NCBI RefSeq assembly: GCF_964213995.1
Contig: NC_135808.1
Coordinates: 7,564,001 to 7,628,000 of the forward strand
Length of the DNA: 64,000 nt
From: Mustelus asterias
Taxonomy: Eukaryota
Direction: 5' to 3'
Under the pieces are notes generated by a model. It had not been told where the DNA came from and made no database searches. It was given only the letters and a program-made list of their open reading frames with translations. Both the position numbers and the translations under genes were made by a program. Positions 34,022-45,909 of the stretch are shown piece by piece (within the stretch, counting starts at the first letter, position 1; every line of letters starts with the position of its first letter).

Positions 34022-36934
34022 CTATCTATAGCCCTCAATCCCATTAAATCCCATGTACTCATCCAGAAGTCTCTTAAAAGACCCCAACGAGTTTGCCTCC
34101 ACCACCACCGACGTCAGCCGATTCCACTCACTCACCACCCTCTGAGTGAAAAACTTACCCCTGACATCTCCTCTGTACCTACCCCCCAGCACCTTAAACC
34201 TGTGTCCTCTCGTAGCAACCATTTCAGCCCTTGGAAATAGCCTCTGAGAGTCTACCCTATCCAGACCTCTCAACATCTTGTAAACCTCTATCAGGTCACC
34301 TCTCATCCTTCGTCTCTCCAGGGAGAAGAGACCAAGCTCCCTCAACCTATCCTCATAAGGCATGCCCCCCAATCCAGGCAACATCCTTGTAAATCTCCTC
34401 TGCACCCTTTCAATGGCTTCAACATCTTTCCTGTAATGAGGTGACCAGAACTGCGCGCAGTACTCCAAGTGGGGTCTAACCAGGGTCCTATAAAGCTGCA
34501 GCATTATCTCCCGACTCCTAAACTCAATCCCTCGATTAATGAAGGCCAGTACGCCGTACGCCTTCTTGACCGCATCCTCCACCTGCGAGGCCGATTTAAG
34601 AGTCCTATGGACCCGGACCCCAAGGTCCTTCTGATCCTCTACACTGCTAAGAATGGTACCCTTCATATTATATTGCTGCTTCATCCCATTGGATCTGCCA
34701 AAATGGATCACTACACACTTATCCGGGTTGAAGTCCATCTGCCACTTCTCCGCCCAGTCTTGCATTCTATCTATGTCTCGCTGCAACTTCTGACATCCCT
34801 CCAAACTATCCACAACACCACCTACCTTGGTGTCGTCAGCAAACTTACCAACCCATCCCTCCACTTCCTCATCCAGGTCATTTATGAAAATGACAAACAG
34901 CAAGGGTCCCAGAACAGATCCCTGGGGCACTCCACTGGTCACTGACCGCCATGCAGAGAAAGACCCCTCCACAGCCACTCTCTGCCTTCTGCAGGCAAGC
35001 CAGTTCTGGATCCACAAGGCAACAGCCCCTTGGATCCCATGCCCTCTCACTTTCTCAAGAAGTCTTGCATGGGGGACCTTATCGAACGCCTTGCTGAAGT
35101 CCATATAGACCACATCCACCGCTCTTCCTTCGTCAATGTGTTTGGTCACATTTTCAAAGAACTCAACCAGGCTCGTAAGGCACGACCTGCCCTTGACAAA
35201 GCCGTGCTGACTACTTTTGATCATACTAAACTTCTCTAGATGATCATAAATCCTGTCTCTCAGGATCCTCTCCATCAACTTACCAACCACTGAGGTTAGA
35301 CTCACCGGTCGGTAATTTCCCGGGCTGTCCCTGTTCCCTTTCTTGAGTATAGGGACCACATCTGCAATCCTCCAATCCTCCGGAACCTCTCCCGTCTCCA
35401 TCGACGATGCAAAGATCATCGCCAAAGGCTCCGCAATCTCCTCCCTCGCCTCCCACAGTAACCTGGGGTACATCCCATCCGGTCCCGGCGACTTACCAAC
35501 CTTGATGCCATTCAATAGTTCCAACACATCCTCTTTCTTTATGTCCACATGCTCGATCCTTTCTGTCCACCGCAAACCAGCAGTACAACCACCCAGATCC
35601 CTTTCCACCGTGAATACCGAGGTATAGTATTCATTAAGCAGCTCCGCCATTTCTAACGGTTCCGCACAAACTTTTCCCCCTTCACCTTTTAAGGGTCCTA
35701 TGCCTTCACATCTCATCCTTTTACTCTTGACATATTTGTAGAAAGCCTTGGGGTTCTCCTTAATCTTACCCGCCAAGGCCTTCTCATGACCCCTTCTCGC
35801 TCTCCTAATTTCCTTCTTAAGCTCCTTCCTACATCCCGTATACTCCTCTAAATCCTTAACACCTCCTAGCTCTCTGAACCTTCTGTACGCCTCTCTTTTC
35901 TTATTCACCAGGTTCATCACAACCTTCGTGCACCACGGTTCCCGTACCCTACCAACACCCCCCTGTCTCATCGGAACGTTGTCATGCAGAGCTCCAGACA
36001 AACATTCCTTGAAAATCCTCCACTTTCCTTCGGTACTTTTCCCCAAGAATGCCTCCTTCCAATTTACCCGTCTAATTTCCTCCCTGATGACACTGTATTT
36101 CCCTTTACTCCAGAGAAACACTTTCCTAGCCTGCCTGATCCTATCTCTTTCCAATGCTATCGTGAAGGAGATAGAATTATGATCGCTATCCCCAAGATGC
36201 TCACCCACCGAGAGATCCTCCACCTGTCCAGGTTCATTAGCCAGCACCAGATCAAGTACAGCCTCTCCTCTAGTAGGCTTATCCACATACTGTGTCAGGA
36301 AACTCTCCTGGACACACCTAACAAACTCCTCTCCATCCAAACCCCTAGCCCTAGGGATATTCCAATCTATGTTTGGGAAATTAAAATCTCCCATCACGAC
36401 AACTCTGTTATTCCTACATCTCTCCAGGATCTGTTTCCCCATCTGCTCCTCAACATCTCTGTTACTATTGGGCGGCCTATAGAAAACACCCAGCAACGTT
36501 ACCGACCCCTTCCTGTTCCTAACCTCCACCCACAGAGACTCCGTCGTCAATCCCTCCACGGCGTCCACCTTCTCTACAGCCGTGACACTATCCCTGATCA
36601 ACAGTGCCACTCCCCCCCCTCTCTTGCCTCCCTCCCTGTCCTTCCTGAAACATCTAAAACCCGGCACCTGAAGCACCCAGTCCTGTCCCTGAGACATCCA
36701 AGTCTCCGTAATGGCCACCACATCACAATTCGAAGCAGCAATCCACGCTCTAAGCTCATCCACTTTATTCACTACACTCCTGGCATTAAAATAGACACAT
36801 CTCAGACCTTCAGCCTGAGCACTTCCCTTCTCCATCACTCGTCTAACCTCCCTCTTACCCTGTTTACATTCCTTATCTATTTGCGAGCTAACCTCCTCAC
36901 TCTCAGTCCCCTCATTTCGATTCCCTCCCCCCAA
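34022..36934 (-). CDS. CR1 ORF2p (AP endonuclease + reverse transcriptase), intact
   Basis: 970-aa uninterrupted ORF (frame open back to the slippery site at 36949) with [56 protein letters not shown]. Confidence 0.93.
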   Translation of the reverse strand: MGGGNRNEGTESEEVSSQIDKECKQGKREVRRVMEKGSAQAEGLRCVYFNARSVVNKVDELRAWIAASNCDVVAITETWMSQGQDWVLQVPGFRCFRKDREGGKRGGGVALLIRDSVTAVEKVDAVEGLTTESLWVEVRNRKGSVTLLGVFYRPPNSNRDVEEQMGKQILERCRNNRVVVMGDFNFPNIDWNIPRARGLDGEEFVRCVQESFLTQYVDKPTRGEAVLDLVLANEPGQVEDLSVGEHLGDSDHNSISFTIALERDRIRQARKVFLWSKGKYSVIREEIRRVNWKEAFLGKSTEGKWRIFKECLSGALHDNVPMRQGGVGRVREPWCTKVVMNLVNKKREAYRRFRELGGVKDLEEYTGCRKELKKEIRRARRGHEKALAGKIKENPKAFYKYVKSKRMRCEGIGPLKGEGGKVCAEPLEMAELLNEYYTSVFTVERDLGGCTAGLRWTERIEHVDIKKEDVLELLNGIKVGKSPGPDGMYPRLLWEAREEIAEPLAMIFASSMETGEVPEDWRIADVVPILKKGNRDSPGNYRPVSLTSVVGKLMERILRDRIYDHLEKFSMIKSSQHGFVKGRSCLTSLVEFFENVTKHIDEGRAVDVVYMDFSKAFDKVPHARLLEKVRGHGIQGAVALWIQNWLACRRQRVAVEGSFSAWRSVTSGVPQGSVLGPLLFVIFINDLDEEVEGWVGKFADDTKVGGVVDSLEGCQKLQRDIDRMQDWAEKWQMDFNPDKCVVIHFGRSNGMKQQYNMKGTILSSVEDQKDLGVRVHRTLKSASQVEDAVKKAYGVLAFINRGIEFRSREIMLQLYRTLVRPHLEYCAQFWSPHYRKDVEAIERVQRRFTRMLPGLGGMPYEDRLRELGLFSLERRRMRGDLIEVYKMLRGLDRVDSQRLFPRAEMVATRGHRFKVLGGRYRGDVRGKFFTQRVVSEWNRLTSVVVEANSLGSFKRLLDEYMGFNGIEGYR

Positions 36935-36939
36935 CCTTT

Positions 36940-37846
36940 CTAGTTTAAAGTCTCTCCAGTAGCCTTAGCCAACCTTCCCGCCAGGATAGTGGTCCCCTTG
37001 GGATTCAAGTGCCACCCGTCTTTTTTAAACAGGTCACACCTGCCCCAAAAGAGGTCCCAATGATCCAAGTACCCAAATCCTTGTCCCTTGCTCCAGTCCC
37101 TCAGCCACGCATTCATTCTCCACCGATTCCTGTTCTCACTCTCCCGCGGCACAGGCAGCAATCCCGAGATTACTACCTTTGCATTCCTCTTTCTCAGCTG
37201 TCTACCTAACTCCCTATATTCTCTTTTCATGACCCCTTCCCTCTTCCTACCTATGTCAGCAGTACCTATATGCATCACGACCTTCGGCTCCTCTCCCTCC
37301 CCCTTCAGGATTTCTGGGACTCGACCAGAGACATCCCGGACCCCTGCACCAGGGAGGCAAACCACCATCCGAGAGTCCCGTCTTTGTCCGCAAAAACGCC
37401 TATCTGACCCCCTCACCGTAGAGTCCCCAATTAGCACTACCCTCCTTTCCTTACCCTTTTGCACTACTGGGCCAGGCTCAGCTCCAGAGACACTGCCACC
37501 GCTGCTTCCCCCAGGTGGGCTGTCCACCCCAGTTGTACTCAGACAGGAGTACTTATTATTAAGGGGCACATCCACCGGGGTGCTCACCATCAACTGAGTT
37601 TTCTCCTTCCTCATTGTTACCCAGTTACCCTCCTCCCGGTGTGACCACCTGCCGATAGCTCCTGTCAATGACCTCCTCACTATCCCTAACCCGGCGAAGG
37701 TCCTCGAGCTGCAATTCCAGTTCCCTAACATGGTCCCTTAGGAACCGCAGCTCAACACACCCAGCACAGATATGGTCCTCCGGGAGGCTAGGAGCCTCCA
37801 GGACCTCCCACATCCTACATTGGGGACAACATACTGGCCTCACACT
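36940..37846 (-). pseudogene. CR1 ORF1 (CCxxC zinc-knuckle/coiled coil + SGNH esterase) with one frameshift
   Basis: MSVRPVCCPQCRMWE...CAGCVELRFLRDHVRELELQLEDL in one frame; LIGDSTVRG...CLPGA...HIGTAD...DGWHLN...TLN* in another; break near 37625-37645. Confidence 0.85.
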
Positions 37847-39039
37847 CATAATTGCCCCTTTAAACACACAGGGAAAAAAAAAGTGAATGAAAATTTTAAA
37901 CTTACCTTTCCTCCTCCTGTTTTCTCCAAAGCCCTGCTCTCACTGGGTCTTTTTTTTTAGGTTAGAGGAGGAGGGAGGGTGGGATACTCTACAAGTGTAG
38001 AGTATCGGGATTCCTATCTGTTCCAATTTATTGGGGAAAAAAAAATCTCTCTCTCCCAGACCTCCCTGCGCGACCACTTCCGGGTTTAGATATTTTTAAA
38101 GAAAAAACCCGCGAAAAAGTAAGTTAAAAATAACAGCGCTTACCCGCAGCACTCCTCTCGCGAATCTCTCCCTCTCTGCTGCACTTCCAAGACGCAATGT
38201 GAGACCTTTTGGTGTAACTTTTTAACAAGGGGCCTCGAAGCTTTATATAGTTTAGGGCCTCACCAAGTCTAAATCCGGCACTGAGTGTAAGCCTACCTGC
38301 AACCCCACGTGTTTACCCTGATAATCCCCCTGACACTAAGGGGCAATTTAGCATGGCCAATCTACCTAACCCGCACATCTGTGGAGTCATTACCTGCATA
38401 AGAGAACATTTTAACAAGGACTTACCAGTTTCAGAACCTGCATGTTCCTGGCTGAAAGACTTGTTGATGGGTTGAATGTAATCCCATCACTAGCATGACG
38501 GTGATGCGCTGCCTTAGACAACGAAGGTTACTTCATGTTGATATTAATTCCTCAGCAACTCCGTGTAGCCTGCAAGACCACATCCTGCTTTTGTTATTTT
38601 CTATAGTATCCGAGACCATGACTTTAACCCTCGCTCTCATTTCAGTGCCGCTTTGTAAAGGGGTTCTTTATTTTTGTGAATCAGTTTCGATTTCTCTTGT
38701 AATGGATTTTGTGGGGGGGGCGGGGGGGGGGGTTTATCCACCTTCTCCATCGCGGTATTTTGTAACAAGTAGCCGCCCTCGTTTCTTAGGAGAGAGGCTG
38801 AGACGAAGGCGAGTTTGACTTTGCACTTAACTTCGGAAATAATGCAGACTGTAATTTTTAAAAGACAATTATCACTGAACTGGTTATGTTTCCTATTCGT
38901 TGCTGAGACTGCCCCCCTCCCCACTCCCCACTCCCCCTCCCCCGCCATGGATAGGAAAGGTACGATTGGAAATGATACCTGGCTGTCCTCGTGCTGAATG
39001 GATAAGGTGGGCCGAATGGCCTCTTTCTGTGCTGGAACG

Positions 39040-39830
39040 TTTTGATTAGATTTCTGATTTTGATTTGATTTATTATAGTCACATGTATTGGGATACAGTG
39101 AAAAGTATTGTTTCTTGCACGCTATACAGACAGAGCATACCATTCATAGAAAAGGAAAGCAGAGGGTGCAGAATGTAATGTTACAGTCGTAGCTCGGATG
39201 TAGAGAAAACCAACTAATATGAGATAGGTCCATTCAAAAGTCTAATGGCAGCAGGGAAGAAGTTGTTCTTGAGTCAGTTGGTACGTGACTTCAGACTTGT
39301 GTATCTTTTTTCCAATGGAAGAAGTTGGAAGAGAGTAGGTCCGGGGTGAGTGGGGTCGTTGATTATGCTGGCTGCTTTTCCGAGGCAGCGGGAAGTGTAG
39401 ACAGAGTCATTGGATGGGAGGCTAGTTTGTGTGATGGACTGGGCTTCGTTCATGACCCTTTGTAGCTTCTTGAGATCTTGCACAGAGCAGGAGCCATACC
39501 AAACTGTGATACAACCAGAAAGAATGTTTTCTATGGTGCATTTGTAAAACATGGTGAGAGTCGTGGTGGAGATTCCAAATTTCCTTAGCCTCCTGAGAAA
39601 GTAGAGGCGTTGGTGAGCTTTCTTAACTATAGCGTCAGTATGCGGGGAACAGGACAGGTTGTTGGTGATCTGGACACCTCGAAACTTGAAGCTCTTGGCC
39701 ATTTCCACTTCATCCCCGTTGATGTAAACATGGACATGTCCTCCAGTATGCTTCCTAAGACAATGACTATCTCCTTTGTTTTGCTGACACTGAGGGAGAG
39801 ATGATTGTCATCGCACCAGTTCACTAGATT
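39040..39830 (-). mobile_element. Rex1/Babar-like non-LTR retrotransposon, 3' fragment
   Basis: WCDDNHLSLSVSKTKEIV, GVQITNNLS..KKAHQRLYFLRRLRKFG..YKCTIENILSGCITVWYG; (ATCAA)n tail. Confidence 0.85.
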
Positions 39831-39907
39831 TCTATGGTTGTATGGAACTCCTTGGTTGGTGATGTCCCAATTCTTTCGCCCTTGTCAATTTTGAGTATGA
39901 TGCCAAG

Positions 39908-40270
39908 AGATGATGGCCTAGTGGTATTATCGCCAGACAATTAATCCAGAAACTCATCTAATGTTCTGGGGACCCGGTTTCGAATCCCACCACGGCAGAT
40001 GGTTGAACCTGAATTCAATAAAAGAAATCTGGAATTAAGAACCTACCAATTACCATGAAACCATGGTCGATTGTCAGAAAAACCCATCTGGCTCACTAAT
40101 GTCCTTTAGGGAAGGACATCTGCTGTGCTTACCTGGTCTGGCCTACATGTGACTCCAGGGCCACAGCAATGTGTTTGACTCCCAACTGTCCTCTGAATAA
40201 GGGCAACTAAGGATGGACAATAAATGCTGGCCAGTCAGCGATGCCCATGTCCCACAAATAAATAAAAAAA
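39908..40270 (+). mobile_element. Second-family tRNA-derived SINE
   Basis: Full-length copy. Further copies on the minus strand at 43500-43846, 44443-44788 and 55386-55670. Confidence 0.8.
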
Positions 40271-40485
40271 GACCCAGTCATGTGATGAGTGTGTGTCCCA
40301 GAATTCAGTATAAAACCATATTGTATTGACATAGGTTGTGCTTTAATTAAAATAAAATTAATTATTGAACATCAGCTTCCCTACTTTGAGGCTGAGATTG
40401 CCTGGGCATTTAATGCCCCACATAGTAACCCTTCCGCTTTTTGTCAAATGTATTGCATTGTGTTTTCTCCTATAAATATGTGTAC

Positions 40486-41388
40486 AAAGAACAAAGAATA
40501 ATACAGCACAGGAACAGGCCCTTCAGCCCTCCAAGCCCGCGCCGCTCCCTGGTCCAAACTAGACCATTATTTTGTATCCCTCCATTCCCAGTCCGTTCAT
40601 GTAGCTATCTAGATAAGTCTTAAACGTTCCCAGCGTGTCCGTCTCCACCACCTTGCCCGGCAGCGCATTCCAGGCCCCCACCACCCTCTGTGTAAAATAC
40701 GTCCTTCTGATATCCGTGTTAAACCTCCCCCCCCCTCCTCCCCCTCACTTTGAACCTATGATCCCTCCTGAAGGTCACCACCGACCTGGGAAAACCCTTC
40801 CCACCGTTCATCCTATCTATGCCTTTCATAATTTTATACACCTCTGTTAGGTCTCCCCTCATCCTCCGTCTTTCCAGTGAGAACAACCCCAGTTTACCCA
40901 ATCTCTCCTCATAACTAAGCCCTTCCATACCAGGCAACATCCTGGTAAACGTCCTCTGCACTGTCTCTAAAGCCTCCACGTCCTTCTGGTAGTGTGGCGA
41001 CCAGAACTGGGCGCAGTATTCCAAATACGGCCGAGCCAACATTCTATACAACTGCAACATCAGACCCCAACTTTTATACTCTATGCCCTGTCCTATAAAG
41101 GCAAGCATGCCATATGCCTTATTCACTACCTTCTCCACCTGTGACGTCACCTTCAAGGATCCGTGGACTTGCACTCCCAGGTCCCTCTGCATATCTACAC
41201 CCTTTATGGTTCTGCCATTTATCGTATAGCTCCCCCCTACGTTAGTTCTACCAAAATGCATCACTTCGCATTTATCTGGATTGAACTCCATCTGCCATTT
41301 CTTTGCCCAAATCTCCAGCCTATTTATATCCTTCTGTAGCCTCTGACAATGTTCCTCACTATCTGCAAGTCCAGCCATTTTCGTGTCG
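40486..41388 (-). mobile_element. CR1 3' fragment, same family as the 22805-27900 element
   Basis: DTKMAGLADSEEHCQRLQKD...; near-identical 3' end but with a short 3' UTR. Confidence 0.9.
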
Positions 41389-44300
41389 TAAATGCATTGC
41401 CAGTTTCCTTGCAACTCATAAACCATTTACGCATCCTATCATTTTTAAAATATGAAATTTGACCATTTGCTATGCTATTAAACTCGTCCATTGATTCCCA
41501 TGTGGTTTAAATGTCATTCCAACGTCTGAGTCATGTATAAAAAGGTTTCAGTTACTGTAAGGTAGGATCCCCCTTGCCTTATGATTATTGATCATTTTGT
41601 TAGTTTTCTGTAACCCTTGAGTGAGGATCTGTGCACTAAGAAAATTAAATTCCATTATATTCTATATTCGATTGTAACTTGCATGTGATCCATGGATGAT
41701 GCCAAATTAGATTGATGTTCCTTCCTCTCTGACACTTTCAGACAACCTCACTCAATATAATTTCAAAACAACATCATGTATGGACTTAAAATAGTCTCCA
41801 GTTCTCCATTCATCTGTACCCATCTTGGGGGTACTCCTCACCAGAACCACTTGCCACCAGGCCTTTAATTGTTCTCCTCCAAATTATTTACTCATTCACT
41901 TTAAATTGCTCATTTTAACAGTTAACAGGGTGTTTAAGACTATCCCAATTGTTTTAAAATTGGTTTCTCTATGGCATATGTGTCAGTGCCTTGATCATTT
42001 TTGTTTCACTCTTTTGGCGCCATTAATCATTCAATGGCATGTTCTTTGTCAAGTAGCGTATATGCTTGAGACCTGCTCTTCAATGCAATTATTGCAAGTA
42101 CCTTGAATGGTTCCATTTTGAATTGATTTCCCTGTACATTCTTTACTTCATGTAAGTGATCTGCACATTTACACAGTGTTGCAGGCTTTGATGTCAGCTT
42201 TTTAATTGATCACAAACCCTTCAAGTAACCAGACCAAGTCACGGAGTTCTCTTAAACAGCTGTTTTAACCAAGGTAGATATCTTGGACCCTGCAAAGTCA
42301 CTGATCACAGGATGTAACTCGCCAGGACACAGAATTCAGAAATGCACAAGCAATTATAGCTTCACATTCAATTACAAGTAATTAGCCTGTACCAATCATG
42401 GCATAGGAGTTATCTCGATCCACTCAGAGTTACTGATTAAGGTTACATCATTCAGATATTAAAGCAATTACAATTGCCTTACACTTGCTTAATTATAATA
42501 TCCAATTAGCGTGAAGATTTAATCATGTTACAAGTTATCACGGTCCCAACTCGTGCCTGAATCTGTGCATATCAACACCCTTTTCCGGTTCCAGATTTCT
42601 AATTGAATGAATCTTTGTGGGCAAATGGCCTTGGTGCTTATCTGTGAAGACTTTTGCAAGAAGACCTTTTTTTCATAGCGGCCTTTATAATTTTTAAACT
42701 GATGTGATTATTAACCCTTTCACACAGTGTCCTTAATGTCAAGCCACACCTTCTTGAATTTTTTGTGATCTTATCAAACGATCTCAGAATTATTGTTCAT
42801 TTTTCCATATCTTTCCAGATGTCTCATGTAGGGACCAGAATATCAATTTTTTTTCTCTTCATAAAAACATAGACAAGGACATAAATGCCTTCAAGAGAAA
42901 CTTGTCAACCCTTGAAACAACACTGCAGCACACTGAACCTTCTGTGCTTAGACACTTGACTGGTGTTGGTCAGAGTCTTTTCAAATCAAGCTGTGTTTGT
43001 GGAGTTGAGAGATGGTAGCTGACTTAGCCAGCCAGCTGGTGACCTCTGCAGTTGATGTTAAAACAGCAGTTTCAGTTCCCAAAGACATATAGAGATTTCA
43101 AAACGGTCACTCGAGTTATCTGACTTTCTGTGACTTGGTTCTGCTAACTTCTGGCAAACCATACATGATTGGGACAATTGGTTGTTTATACAAGCAGTTG
43201 TAAGGAGAGCCTGCCTTTCTTTTTAATTCATTTGCAGAATGTGGGCGTCGCTGGCAAGGTCAGCATTTATTGCTCATCCCTAGTTGCCCTCGAGAAGATG
43301 CTGGTGAGCTGCCTTCTTCAACCACTGCAGTCCATGTGGCGTGGGCACACTTAGGGTGCTGTTGGGGAAGAAGTCCCAGGATTTTGACCCAGCGACAGTG
43401 AAGGAATAGCGGTCTGCTTTGTCCTGGATGGTGTCGAGCTTCATGAACATTGTTGGAGCTGCACTCATCCAGGCAAGTGGAGACTTAGACAACCTAAGAT
43501 TCTTTATTTTATTCATTCGTGGCACATGGGTATCGCTGGCTGGCCAGCATTTATTGCCCATCCCTTGTTGCCCAGGGGCAGTTGATGTGCCTCTGGAGTC
43601 ACATGTAGACCAGCCCAAGTAAGGATGGCAGATTTCCTTCTCTAAATTACATTAGTGAACCAGATGGGTTTTTCCAACAATCGACAATGGTTTCGTGGTC
43701 ATTAGTAGATTCGTAATTCCTGATTTTTGTTTTAGTGAATTCAAATTCCTTCAGCTGTCATAGTGGGATTCGAATCCAGGTCCCAGAACATTAGCTGAGT
43801 TTTCTGGATGAATAGTCTAGCAATAAAACCACTAGGCATCGCCTCTCCCTTCTCTGCTAATTATGCTGTTTCAGCTCTTTAGATGTACATCTTGTCACAT
43901 AGACCCTTCATTACTCATTTCCATTCTTATCACATGGTGACCAGGTCTCTTCTATTTCTTCATCATTTATTTGTCATTTTTACATAGATTCAGGTATTGG
44001 CTCATTGCTTTCCACCTATGTCTGAAGATAACCCAGGGAATCTTCTATTCTAAGCCTCTTTTGCCCCTGCAGTGTTATATGTCTTGGCTGATATCCAAAC
44101 AGTTGCTTGTCTCAGTTCCTCATACTTTGTTCCTCACGAGATTTAATTTCCGATTCCTGATGATCTGCAGTTTCTGTTGCCATTTATATGACCTTTTATT
44201 TGCACCCTCTGCTGACCTATCTTTGTATATTTCTTGCTTAAACTGAAGCACTGCTGCACTTTGCTATAATTCTTTCATTACATTATCTTAATAAAGCTAA

Positions 44301-45909
44301 AGCTATCCCTTTTAGTCCTTTTGAATTTCAAAGGGGCCTTTCAGCCAGTGCCTGAAACTAGCTTTGACTTCAGGCCTCTGTTCAAGAAAGAAGCAGAGAG
44401 GCACTACTACATCATTGTCGGAGATAGAGGTGTAGCAAGATGTTTTTTTGATCCATTCGTGGGACATGGGCCAGCATTTATTGCCCATCCTTAGTTGTCC
44501 GAGGGCAGTTGAGAGTCAACTACATTGCTGTGGCTCTGGAGTCACATGTAGGTCAGACCAGGTAAGGAGGGCGGATTTCCTTCCCAAAGGGGCATTAGTG
44601 ATCCAGATGGGTTTTTCCTGACAATCAACAGTGGTTTCCTGGTCATCAGTAGATTCTTAATTCCAGATTTTTTCAAATGGAATTCAAATTCCACTATCTG
44701 CCGTGGTGGGATTCGAACTCAGGTCTCCAAAACGTTAGCTGAGTTTCTGGAAAGTCTAGCAATAATACCACTAGGCCATCGCCTCCCCAGGTTACAACTA
44801 GATGAGGAAAGGGGGAACTGGCTCCCCTCTATCTATCATCCTCTATTGGTCACAACAAAGTGTTAAGTTTCTTTTTCATGAAGACATGCTCTTTTCTGAA
44901 TCCAGCTACAAGCAGAGAGCAATAAGGAGTTAGAGGAAGAGAAAATTTATTAAGGATTAAACGACCCCCGTGAAAATGTTTTAAAATAATATAGGGTTAA
45001 GTGTCATTTGATTGTCTTTGAGGCACAGACTTTCTATCATTGCAGCTTATCTGGATTAGCTAGTTTCATTGATGTAGAAGATGTTGAAATTATTATGAGA
45101 TCTCAGTTTTCTTGTTAGATTTCTAGTGAAGTTGGCTTCAAAACTGGGTAATACACTTGTTTCGAAAGGGAGAGAGGGAGACAGCCGAGCTTCCAGCCTG
45201 TTTCCTCTGCTGACAACATTCTTGCAATCTCTCCATGCAGTGGCTCAAAGTCTTGCCCTGAAATACTTCACCCATTGTGTATTTCCAAGGGAGTTTGGGG
45301 TGGGTCTTTCTATAGCAACTGTTGTTTCAATACGCAGTACCTTGGATTTTAATGTCTCTACCTTAACAGTAGCAAGCTTTGATAGGTCCCTGAATTGTAG
45401 AAAATACCTCTCGCTTCAACTCCCTCGAGGGTGATTTTATTTTGCTTTTCATCTTCACATTGGAAGGTGGTTTGGCATTTGTAAGTTGTTTGTCCTGTCT
45501 CACTTCAAATCAGTAAATTTTCAGTGGGTTGAAAGCTGAAAAATCATGATTTCAAAATAAAAAGGGTCATGGTCCCATGGTAATATCCATAGCGAAGACA
45601 AGGCTGTTAAGATCAAGAAACTGGAAATTTTGAAATGTTGTAGGGGTCCACAGAATCATGAGTGTAGGTGAGAAAACAAGATAGGAAGAAATCAGTTCAG
45701 TAGGGCTCGGACAGGTTAAAGCGATGGGTCACCCAGGACAATTATGTTTGTGGGATTTAGAAAGGAGATGGAAGTCGGGTCTATGCAGTAGGAGACTATT
45801 GATGGAAAACGAGGACTATAGCAATCTTGGGAACAATGGCTTAATGTTTGGTGGTGGGATCATTGTCCAGGAGGAGGAGGTAGGAAGAAATGTCTGGGTG
45901 TTGGCCTAT

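Larger units (their letters stand above)
33939..38203 (-). mobile_element. Full-length CR1-clade LINE (5' UTR, ORF1, intact ORF2, (TTCTATG)n tail)
   Basis: Both ORFs present; tail AGAACAT repeats at ~33939-33957; candidate TSD ACCTTT at 33933-33938 and 38204-38209. Confidence 0.93.
33630..38283. mobile_element. Non-autonomous hAT-type DNA transposon (~380 bp MITE) split by the CR1
   Basis: 8-bp TSD AGTGTAAG at 33622-33629 and 38284-38291. Right TIR CTAAATCCGGCACTG (38269-38283) versus eroded left GGATTTAG (33632-33639). Subterminal GGGCCTC motifs. Confidence 0.7.

Noticed and set aside
34469-37597. Plus-strand ORFs of 158, 319 and 169 aa
   Set aside because: Antisense shadows of the CR1 ORFs; no motifs.
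41390-43200. Possible ancient retroelement coding remnant
   Set aside because: AT-rich, with no motif I could translate convincingly.
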